Shown here in pieces: positions 30,989 to 39,015 of a stretch of DNA of 42,342 nucleotides; within the stretch, counting starts at the first letter, position 1, and the number at the start of each line of letters is the position of its first letter. Made by a program: the position numbers and the translations under genes. The notes under the pieces are model-generated. The model worked only from the letters and a program-made list of their open reading frames with translations. It made no database searches and had not been told where the DNA came from. Source of the DNA: a bacterium UBP1_UBA4783 (lineage in GTDB: Bacteria; Krumholzibacteriota; Krumholzibacteriia; Krumholzibacteriales; Krumholzibacteriaceae); contig DHHB01000033.1 of the NCBI GenBank assembly GCA_002403075.1, positions 198 through 42,539 of the forward strand. The letters run 5' to 3'.

Positions 30989-31034
30989 GCCCGGAGGATA
31001 CGGGAGCCGCCGCGTCGCCGGCAACGTCAAAAGG

Positions 31035-31412
31035 CTACTTGGCGCACGAGAGGAGCCGGTGGATCCGCTCGATGAGCTTGTTCGGACTGAACGGCTTCAC
31101 GATGTAATCGGTCGCGCCGACCTCGAATCCGAGCCGCTTGTCGATTTCGCGGCCCTTCGCCGTGAGAAGCACGACGGGGATGTTGCGCGTGAGCGGATTG
31201 GCCTTGAGAATCCGGCACGCCTCGTACCCGTCGATCTTCGGCATCATGATGTCGAGTATGATGAGATCGGGCTGCTCGCGGCGGGCCTTCTCGATCGCTT
31301 CCTCGCCGTTCTGGGCCGTCAGCACGTCGAACCCCTCGGCGCCGATGCTGAACTGCAGTATCTGGGTGATGTTCACCTCGTCGTCCACGACCAAGATCTT
31401 CCCCTTCTTCAT
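31035..31412 (-). CDS. Single-domain response regulator
   Basis: ILVVDDE, LDIMMP (phospho-Asp), LLTA, KPF; ATGA overlap with the upstream kinase. Confidence 0.93.
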   Translation of the reverse strand: MKKGKILVVDDEVNITQILQFSIGAEGFDVLTAQNGEEAIEKARREQPDLIILDIMMPKIDGYEACRILKANPLTRNIPVVLLTAKGREIDKRLGFEVGATDYIVKPFSPNKLIERIHRLLSCAK

Positions 31413-33898
31413 CGGGATTCCTCCTTCGATGCCCGATCCGCGTCCGCTTCGATATTCCGTTTCCGCGCGCTGCGCTCTCTCTCGAGCTCCCGCTCGAACT
31501 CGTCGAGGACGAGCTCGCGCCGGTCCGTGCGCGCGCCGAGAACGCCGAGCGCCTCTTCGAAGGCCGCGACCACGGCCGGATCGAAGCGCGAGCCGGCGCC
31601 CGCGGCGATCTCCGCTCGCGCCTCGGCGAGCGTGAACGTCCGGCGGTACGGGCCCTCGCTCATGAGCGCGCGAAACGCGTCGACGACGCTCACGATCCGC
31701 GCCTCGACCGGAATCTCGTCTCCGGCGAGGCCGTCCGGGTAGCCGGTGCCGTCGAAATGCTCGTGGTGGCTGCGCACCATCTTCATGATCCGGTCCTCGA
31801 GCCCCATGGGCGAGCTCAGCGTGTATCCGACGTTCGTGTGCTCGCGGAGCGTCTCGCGCTCCTTGCTCGAAAGCTCCTCGCGCTTCACCCGGATCGTCCG
31901 CGGGATCTTCATCAGCCCGAGATCGTAAAGGTTCATGCCGAGCCGGAGCGCCGTGAGGGAGCGCTCGTCGAGGCCGAGCCTCTTCCCCGTCGTGAGGGCG
32001 ACGAGCGTGAGGTTCATGAGCGCGCGGCTCCCCCACGCCTCCCGCATGTCGAGGATGGCGCGCATCGCGTCCTTCAGCTTCTCGAAATTCGCCGACACCT
32101 TTTCGTAAGCGTCGAGCTTCTTCAGCATGCCGGCGATGATGCCGCTGAGCGCCTCGAGAATCTCGCGGTCCGCCCGAGCGAACTCGCGCCCCTCGACGTG
32201 ATCGCTCACGTTGAGGACGCCGATCGTCTCGCCGCCGTCCTTGAGCGGCACCGATATGAACGACCGCGTTCCGTAGAAGAGACCGTTGTTGGCGCGCCCG
32301 AAATCCGCTTCGCTTTCGATGTCGAACACGTGGAGCGGTTCGCCGGTCTCGGCCACCTTCCCCGCGATCCGCTCCCCGAGGGTCAGCCTCGTGTTCTGCA
32401 CGAAATCCGGATCGAGCCCCTTCGCCGCGACGATCCGGAGCGTGTGCCGGCCTCGGTCGAGGAGCATGATCGACGCCTTGCGGGCCTGAAGGAACTCGGC
32501 GAGCATCTCGACGAGCAGCGTCAGGTAGCGGTCCCGCTCGAACCGCCGGGAGCCGACGAGCCCAGACGAGGACCCCTGCCGCACGATGATGTCCTTCATC
32601 GGCAGCACGACGACGACCTTCGCCCCCGCGTCTTTCACGTTTTCGACCCAGATGCTGCCGTCGTGCCATTCGACGATGTTCTTGCAGATCGCGAGCCCGA
32701 GCCCGGATCCCCCGTGCTCGCGCGTGTTGCTCGCGTCCACCTGGTAGAATCTCTCGAACACCTTCTCGAGCTGGTCCTCGGGAATGCCCGGTCCCGTGTC
32801 CTGCACCGAGACGCGCGCCGCGGACGCCTCCTCCTCGAGCGTGACGGTCACGTTTCCGCCCGCCGGCGTGAACTTCGCCGCGTTGCTCATGAGGTTCCGG
32901 AGAAGCTGGCGGATGAGCTCCGCGTCGGCGTCGATGCGGCAGGGATGGCGCGGAAGCCGGATCTCCGTGTTGATATCCCGCTCGAGGAACGACGGTCGGA
33001 GCGCGTCGTGCGCCTCTTCGACGAGCCGGTTCAGGTTGCACGAGGCGCGCTCCACCCGCAGGTGCCCCGTCTCGAGACGCGAAAAATTGAGCATGCTGTC
33101 GACGAGCGAGATGAGGCGCTCGTTCTCCTCGCGCATCACGCGCAGGAAATCCTCGAGCGTCCCGCGCTGTATGCTGTCGATGTTTTCGAGGAGCGTTTCG
33201 TTGTACGCCTTGATCGACGTGAGCGGCGTGCGCAGCTCGTGCGACACGACCGACAGGAAATTCGACTTGAGTTGGTTGACGCCGTCGAGCTCCTCGCGGC
33301 ACGCGGCGATCGCCCGCTCGCGCTCGCGAAGCTCCGCCGACGCGCCGTCGCGCCGGATACAATGGAGAACGGCGTTCGAGAAGGCCCGCACCGCCGCGAG
33401 GGCGGCCGGCCCGGGAGGCTCGGCGAAGAAGCCCGCCGCGAGGAAACCCGCGGGAGCGTCGGGATCGCCGACGCCGAAGAGAAGGACCGAGCGGCCGTCC
33501 CACGAAAGGTGCTCCGGAACGACGGTTCCGGCCGCGCCGGAGAGGTCACGCTCCTCGGCGAGAAATCCGTCTCCGCACGGCCGGGCGCTCCGCCGAAGCT
33601 CGCTCCAGGCGTCGCTCGGGACGGAATAGGACGAGAGGGGGGCGGGGCGGTCGATGGAGAGGCCCGCGTGCCCGCGCACTTCGAACGCGCCCCCCCCCGG
33701 CTTGGCGATCCGGATGACGGCGAACGCGGCGCCCGCGCTTTCGGCGACCGCCGCGGCGGCCGCGTCATAGACCTGCGGAGCGGGCGCGTCCGAGAGGATG
33801 AGATCGCTCACGGCGGCGAGGCGCGCGAGCGCCGGCTCCGGCGTGGAGACGGCGGCCGCGCGGGCCGTCCGAGGTTTCATCTTCAGCGCTTCGAACAC
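31409..33898 (-). CDS. Soluble hybrid GAF-HisKA-HATPase-GAF-HD-GYP (degenerate) protein
   Basis: SHELRTPLTSI, NLMSNAAKF, DTGPGI, GSGLGL; GAF (GERIAGKVAETGEP, SFISVPL); YDLG, HHEHFDGTGYPDGL, FDP; no TM segment evident. Confidence 0.9.
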   Translation of the reverse strand: MFEALKMKPRTARAAAVSTPEPALARLAAVSDLILSDAPAPQVYDAAAAAVAESAGAAFAVIRIAKPGGGAFEVRGHAGLSIDRPAPLSSYSVPSDAWSELRRSARPCGDGFLAEERDLSGAAGTVVPEHLSWDGRSVLLFGVGDPDAPAGFLAAGFFAEPPGPAALAAVRAFSNAVLHCIRRDGASAELRERERAIAACREELDGVNQLKSNFLSVVSHELRTPLTSIKAYNETLLENIDSIQRGTLEDFLRVMREENERLISLVDSMLNFSRLETGHLRVERASCNLNRLVEEAHDALRPSFLERDINTEIRLPRHPCRIDADAELIRQLLRNLMSNAAKFTPAGGNVTVTLEEEASAARVSVQDTGPGIPEDQLEKVFERFYQVDASNTREHGGSGLGLAICKNIVEWHDGSIWVENVKDAGAKVVVVLPMKDIIVRQGSSSGLVGSRRFERDRYLTLLVEMLAEFLQARKASIMLLDRGRHTLRIVAAKGLDPDFVQNTRLTLGERIAGKVAETGEPLHVFDIESEADFGRANNGLFYGTRSFISVPLKDGGETIGVLNVSDHVEGREFARADREILEALSGIIAGMLKKLDAYEKVSANFEKLKDAMRAILDMREAWGSRALMNLTLVALTTGKRLGLDERSLTALRLGMNLYDLGLMKIPRTIRVKREELSSKERETLREHTNVGYTLSSPMGLEDRIMKMVRSHHEHFDGTGYPDGLAGDEIPVEARIVSVVDAFRALMSEGPYRRTFTLAEARAEIAAGAGSRFDPAVVAAFEEALGVLGARTDRRELVLDEFERELERERSARKRNIEADADRASKEESR

Positions 33899-33913
33899 CG
33901 CGCTTCTCCTCCC

Positions 33914-36904
33914 CTACGGCACCAAGTGGTGCTTGCGGGCCGAGCGGAGCGCCTCGGAGAGGCGCGTATGAGCGTCCACCTCGATCCGGCCTTCGTCCAT
34001 GAGAACCTCTATGAAGGCCGAGACGACGCGCGGATCGAACTGCGTCCCCGAATGGCGGACGAGCTCGTCGACCGCCTCCGCCGGGGAGAGCCGCTGCCGG
34101 AACGGCCGGTCGCTCGTCATCGCCGCGTAGGCGTCGAGCACCGCGAGGATCCGCGAGCCGATCGGAATCTGCTCGCCGCGGAGCCCCATCGGATATCCGC
34201 GGCCGTCGGGCCGCTCGTGATGGAAGAGGATGCTCTGGCTCACGAGCTCCACGAACTCGAGCGGTCGAAGGATCGCCGCGCCCCGCTGCGGATGTTTCCG
34301 GATCTCCTCCACCTCCGAGGCGGAGAGCTCGAGCGTTTTCTTGAGGATATCCTCGCTCACGCACGTCATCCCGACGTCGTGCACGCTCGAAACGTACTGG
34401 ATCACCCGGATCTCCTTCTCGCTCAACCGGAGCCTGCGCGCCGTCTGGACCGACCAGTGGACGACGTTCTTGTGCGAATCCTCGGCCTCGCGCTTGCGCG
34501 CCGCGAGCAGCGACTGCAGCGACTCGATCGTCTCGGCGAGAAACGTCTGCGGCGACTCGGCCGTGCGGATGCGCTCGATCGCCTTCGAGAAGCGCTGGCT
34601 GAGACTCACGAGGAGGGCGAGATCGTCCCGGTTGAACGGCGCGCCGGAGGTCTTGTTGTTCGCGTTGATGACGCCGACGACGGTGGAGCCGATCCGGAGC
34701 GGCACGCTCACGAGCGATTTCGTCTCGTACTGCGGGTTGTTCGGCGCGCTCTTGAGGGGGCTCCGTTCGACGTTTTCCACGAGGAGCGGCTCGCCGGTAT
34801 CCGCCACCTTGCCGGCGATCCCCGCTCCGAGACGCACCCGGGTGTGCGACACGATCCGCTCGTCGAGTCCGTAGGCGACCTTGATGAAGAGCTCCTTCTT
34901 TTCCTGATCGAGCAGCATGAGGGAGACGATCTTCGCCGAGAGCATCTCGGCGATCACCTTCACGGCGAGCTGGAACATCTCCTGGATCTCCGCGCGCGCC
35001 TCCACCGCGTCGAACACGTAGCCGAGGAGATCGTTGAAGTGGTGCTGCTTGGGCAGCGTGAAGGTGAACGTGCTCCCCTCGCCGATGCGGCTCGTCGCGG
35101 TGATGTAGCCGCCGTGCTGCTCGACGATGTTCTTCACGATCGCGAGGCCCAGGCCGACCCCTTCGCCGGCGCCCCGGCGGACCTGGTAGAACTGCTTGAA
35201 GATGTTCTGGAGATCCTCGTCGGCGATTCCGATCCCCTCGTCCGAGACGGAGATCTTGACGGCGACGGCGTCCTCGACCGCCTCGACGAACACGCGCGAG
35301 CCCGCCGGGGAGAACTTGACGGCGTTGCCGATGAGGTTGATGAAGACCTGCTTCACGAGATCCTCGTCCCCGTCGACGAGCGGCAGCGAGGGCGGCACCG
35401 TGACGACGAGCCGCAGCTTCTTGTCGCGCAGGTATGGCTGCATCGAGGATTCGACGTCGGCGACGAGCGGCCCGAGCTGGAACAGGCCGCGCTTCAGGGT
35501 GCGGTTGCCGAACTCGATCTTCGACACGTCGAGCACCTTGTTGATCATGCGGATGAGCCGGTCCGTCTCGCTCTCTATGATGCCGAGGAACTCGTGCCGT
35601 TCGGTGAACGAGGGATCGTCGATATGATCGCCGAGCGATTCGACGTAGGCCTTGATCGAGGTGAGCGGCGTCTTGAGCTCGTGCGAGAGGTGCGAGAGGT
35701 AGCTCATCTTGAGCTTGTTCGCGTCCCGCAGCTCGTCGCTCTCGCGTTCGAGACGCTCGATCCGCGCCGTCATGACCTCGTAGAGGCGGCTCTTTTCGAT
35801 CGCCATCGCCACCTGCCCGGAGAGGATCGTGAGGAGCCGCGCGTCGTCTTGGGTGAAGGGTTCGGCCGAGTGCTCTCCGGCCATGAGAACCCCGATGAGG
35901 TCTCTGCCCGACCGGATGGGAGCGGCGAGGAACGAGACGATCCGCCGGTCCGCGACGAGCGGCGACGAGGCGGCGGGATGCTCGCGGAGGTCGTCCACGA
36001 TGAATCCGCCCTCCGCCGCGCAGATCTCGCCGAGGAGCGCGTCGCCCGCGAGCGGCGTCCCGGAATCGATGAGCGCGCCCCTCCGCTCTCCGAGCTCGAC
36101 GTGCTCGACGATCTCCCGCTTGTGGTTGAACAGCGCGACCGACACCCACGGGCGCCGCAGGAGCAGCGTGATCTCCTTCCCGACCATCTTGAGAAGCGTG
36201 TCGAGGCTGATGACGGAGTTGATGCCGAGACTGATGTCGTAGAGCCGCGTGAGCTCGAGGATGCGCTTGCGAGAGCTCATGAGCCGGTCCTCGGCGCGAA
36301 GGATCGACACCTTGAAGCTCCCGTAGAAGCTCGAGAAGAGATAGGTCATGAGGCTCATGAATCCGGCGAGCACGAGCAGCGTGCCGACGAGGAAGTGCCC
36401 TCCCGCGGGCAGCGAGGATTCGCCGGGGTAGACGTTGAAGTGCGGAATGGCGCCGCGGAGCTCGAGCGCGCCGAGGGCGCCGAGCGAGACGATCGTGAAG
36501 GCGGTCACCGCTATCCCGGCCGCGACGGGCGGCAGCAGGCGTCCCGCGAAGAAGAGCGGGATCACGACGAGAAAAAGGAACGGGCTACCTACCCCGCCGG
36601 TCAGGTAGATGAGACAGATCGCGGTCACGCAATCGATGAGAACGGCGCTCCATTCCCATCCCTCGCGCCGACGCAGCGGATCCGCGCCGCCTCTCGACAA
36701 CGCGTTCTCGAGCCCCGCGACGACGAGGTTGAGAAGCGTCGCCCCGAGGAAGACCAGGATCACGAGCCCCGTCCGGTAGACGAACCCCGCGATCTCGCGC
36801 GCGGCGAACACGATGAAGAATATCGATATGATCTCGATCGCCCGCACCTGCTGGAGGCTCAGCGCCGGCTGCGCGCGATCTTCCGCCGTATCACGTACGC
36901 TCAT
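33914..36904 (-). CDS. Membrane hybrid TM-GAF-HisKA-HATPase-GAF-HD-GYP protein
   Basis: Several N-terminal TMs; SHELKTPLTSI, NLIGNAVKF, DEGIGI, GVGLGL; second GAF; HDVG, HP, HHERPDGRGYPMGL, FDP. Confidence 0.92.
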   Translation of the reverse strand: MSVRDTAEDRAQPALSLQQVRAIEIISIFFIVFAAREIAGFVYRTGLVILVFLGATLLNLVVAGLENALSRGGADPLRRREGWEWSAVLIDCVTAICLIYLTGGVGSPFLFLVVIPLFFAGRLLPPVAAGIAVTAFTIVSLGALGALELRGAIPHFNVYPGESSLPAGGHFLVGTLLVLAGFMSLMTYLFSSFYGSFKVSILRAEDRLMSSRKRILELTRLYDISLGINSVISLDTLLKMVGKEITLLLRRPWVSVALFNHKREIVEHVELGERRGALIDSGTPLAGDALLGEICAAEGGFIVDDLREHPAASSPLVADRRIVSFLAAPIRSGRDLIGVLMAGEHSAEPFTQDDARLLTILSGQVAMAIEKSRLYEVMTARIERLERESDELRDANKLKMSYLSHLSHELKTPLTSIKAYVESLGDHIDDPSFTERHEFLGIIESETDRLIRMINKVLDVSKIEFGNRTLKRGLFQLGPLVADVESSMQPYLRDKKLRLVVTVPPSLPLVDGDEDLVKQVFINLIGNAVKFSPAGSRVFVEAVEDAVAVKISVSDEGIGIADEDLQNIFKQFYQVRRGAGEGVGLGLAIVKNIVEQHGGYITATSRIGEGSTFTFTLPKQHHFNDLLGYVFDAVEARAEIQEMFQLAVKVIAEMLSAKIVSLMLLDQEKKELFIKVAYGLDERIVSHTRVRLGAGIAGKVADTGEPLLVENVERSPLKSAPNNPQYETKSLVSVPLRIGSTVVGVINANNKTSGAPFNRDDLALLVSLSQRFSKAIERIRTAESPQTFLAETIESLQSLLAARKREAEDSHKNVVHWSVQTARRLRLSEKEIRVIQYVSSVHDVGMTCVSEDILKKTLELSASEVEEIRKHPQRGAAILRPLEFVELVSQSILFHHERPDGRGYPMGLRGEQIPIGSRILAVLDAYAAMTSDRPFRQRLSPAEAVDELVRHSGTQFDPRVVSAFIEVLMDEGRIEVDAHTRLSEALRSARKHHLVP

Positions 36905-36913
36905 GTCACTCCC

Positions 36914-37735
36914 CTATCCGACGGTGTCGGATTCGAAGGCGCCGTCGTCCATGACCGGCACGGCGACGGTCACCGTCGTTCCTTCACCCTGTGTGCTGCG
37001 AACCTGTATCTCTCCGCCGATGACGGCGACGATGTTCTTTACGAGCGCGAGTCCGAGGCCGAGTCCGTCCCGTTTCTCTCCGCTTTCGATCCGGTAGAAC
37101 GGCTTGAAGATATCCTCGAGCTTGTCCTCCGGGATGCCGGCCCCCCGATCCTCCACCGCGAGGACGAGCCGCGCTCCGTCCGCGCTATCGTCGCGCCGGA
37201 GCGCCGCGGAAACGGCCACGGGGCGGTCTCCCCCGTGCTTCACCGCGTTCGAAACGAGGTTCTCGAGCACGACCTCGACGCACCGGCGCCGGGCGACGAC
37301 GGGCGGAAGGCCGGCCGGCACGTTCACGGCGATCCGGGCGCCGGCCCCTTCGAACCGTCCCCGGACCGCTTCGGCGACCGCCCGGACGTCGAAGCGCTCG
37401 AAGGATTTCAGATCGCCGGCGCCGTGTTCCGCCCGGAGTATCTCGACGAACGACTCGACCAGCTCGTCGAGCCGGGCGAGAGCGCTCCGTATCCGCGCCA
37501 CGTACGCGCGCTCGCGGTCGTCGAACGTCCCGCCGCGGCGCTCCTCGAGGAGATCGAGATAGCCGACGGCGGCCGTGAGCGGCTTCGAGAACTCGTGCCC
37601 GACGATGAGGCGGGCGGAATCGAAGATGCCGCGGTAGCGGGCGAGCTCGCGGCGGAGCGCGGCGAGATCGCCGCCGGCGTCGGCGGCGACGCCGTCGAGC
37701 ATCTCTTCCTGCTGAGCGATAACCGTATCCCGCAC
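36914..37735 (-). CDS. Small sensorless histidine kinase (HisKA-HATPase)
   Basis: GHEFSKPL, NLVSNAVKH, DRGAGI, IFKPFYR, GLGLGL; start GTG 37735 (GGAGG RBS) or GTG 37786 (GTGA overlap). Confidence 0.88.
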   Translation of the reverse strand: MRDTVIAQQEEMLDGVAADAGGDLAALRRELARYRGIFDSARLIVGHEFSKPLTAAVGYLDLLEERRGGTFDDRERAYVARIRSALARLDELVESFVEILRAEHGAGDLKSFERFDVRAVAEAVRGRFEGAGARIAVNVPAGLPPVVARRRCVEVVLENLVSNAVKHGGDRPVAVSAALRRDDSADGARLVLAVEDRGAGIPEDKLEDIFKPFYRIESGEKRDGLGLGLALVKNIVAVIGGEIQVRSTQGEGTTVTVAVPVMDDGAFESDTVG

Positions 37736-37782
37736 GTCGGCCGCCTCCCGCGTCCGGTCCCCTCTCGGAACCGGAGGCGCGA

Positions 37783-38760
37783 TCACGTTTCGATCTTCTG
37801 CGCCGGCTCCCCGGACTTCCGCCGCTCCCGTACGACGACGCTCCCCGAGAGACCTTTGCCGTAACGTTTGAGCTCCGTCGCGATGTCGTTGACCTGAGCG
37901 TAATGCTTGAGCTTCGCCTCTTCGTCCATCACGAGCGCGATCGTGAGCGACATGAGCGGCATCCTCCTGATCTCGCCGAGGCGGTTCCGGATCTCCATGT
38001 ATCCGCGCCGGATGTCGTCCTCGTTGAGCAGCAGGAGGGAGCCCTTGTCGAACTCGTCGATGATGCGCCGCGCGATGAACTCCGCCCGCGGGGGCGACGT
38101 GATGACGACGAAGTCGTCTCCGCCGATGTGCCCGACGAAATCGTTCGCGCCGCCGAGCGAGTTCACCGATTCGGTGACGATGTCGGCGAGGAAAAGGATC
38201 GCGTCGTCCCCCCGCTGATACCCGTAGTAGTCGTTGTACGGCTTGAAATTGTCGATGTCGAGATAGAGAAACGCGAACGGCTCCTTGCCCTCGATGCGGC
38301 CCTGGAGCTCCTTCTCGATGGCGCGGTTGCCCGGGAGCCCCGTGAGCGGATTCGACTCTTTCTGCTTGAGGCTCCACTCGAGCACGTTGCGCACGCGAAG
38401 AAGGAGCTCCTCGTTCGAATACGGTTTCGTGAGGTAGTCGTTCGCTCCGTCCTGAAGCCCCTTGATCTTGTCGGGGAGCTCGCTTTTCGCGGTGAGCATG
38501 ATGACCGGGATCTGCGCGGTCTGAAAGTTCTGGCGTATCCGCGAGCACGTTTCGAACCCGTCCATCTTGGGCATCATGAGATCGAGAATGACGAGATCGG
38601 GAGACTCGCGTCTGACGAGCTCGAGCGCGATCTCGCCGTTCTCCGCCTCGATGACGCGGTAGGCGTGCTTCTCGAGCTGGAACTTGAGAATGCGCCTGAT
38701 ATGATCTTCGTCGTCGACGACGAGTATCTTATAGCCCTGCTTGCCGCCGGGTCGTTCCAT
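37783..38760 (-). CDS. Response regulator with GGDEF-family (GGDDF) domain, putative diguanylate cyclase
   Basis: REC (LVVDDE, LDLMMP, LTAK, KPY) plus NPLTGLPGN, DIDNFKPYND, GHIGGDDF. Confidence 0.92.
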   Translation of the reverse strand: MERPGGKQGYKILVVDDEDHIRRILKFQLEKHAYRVIEAENGEIALELVRRESPDLVILDLMMPKMDGFETCSRIRQNFQTAQIPVIMLTAKSELPDKIKGLQDGANDYLTKPYSNEELLLRVRNVLEWSLKQKESNPLTGLPGNRAIEKELQGRIEGKEPFAFLYLDIDNFKPYNDYYGYQRGDDAILFLADIVTESVNSLGGANDFVGHIGGDDFVVITSPPRAEFIARRIIDEFDKGSLLLLNEDDIRRGYMEIRNRLGEIRRMPLMSLTIALVMDEEAKLKHYAQVNDIATELKRYGKGLSGSVVVRERRKSGEPAQKIET

Positions 38761-38831
38761 TCGCGTGTACCTCGCGGGGCTTCGTATGTCCTTCCCTGCA
38801 TGGCGAGTCGATATATTGCAACGCATTGCCA

Positions 38832-38848
38832 CGCAATTGTTATGCCAA
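38832..38848 (-). promoter_or_regulatory. Sigma-54 (-24/-12) promoter of the signalling operon
   Basis: TTGGCATAACAATTGCG: GG-N10-GC with TGGCA and TTGC halves, about 70 bp upstream of ATG 38760. Confidence 0.75.
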
Positions 38849-39015
38849 GGGTAGGCCCTTCGGGGGGCCGGCGGGGCGCGCGGTGACGTGAGGGCCTATT
38901 TATTTGCTCGACAACGGATTGCGACGACGAAAGGGGCGCATGCGCGCCGCGCCGCCGGCGGGTCGATCGGCGATGGTTTTCGCAGAAAGAGACCCCGCTC
39001 GTGCGCCGGACGCCG

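Noticed and set aside
31757-37864. 2035-aa plus-strand ORF
   Set aside because: Antisense shadow of the kinase genes; no motifs, and stop-poor opposite frames are expected at this GC and codon bias
38200-38260. Hypr-type cGAMP synthase or Cas10-like GGDD polymerase
   Set aside because: The guanine-specifying Asp is retained (QRGD, not GS); REC-GGDEF layout; no cas genes or array
38817-38831. Second sigma-54-like element TGGCAATGCGTTGCA
   Set aside because: GG-GC spacing is 9 rather than the required 10; better explained as part of the tandem repeat
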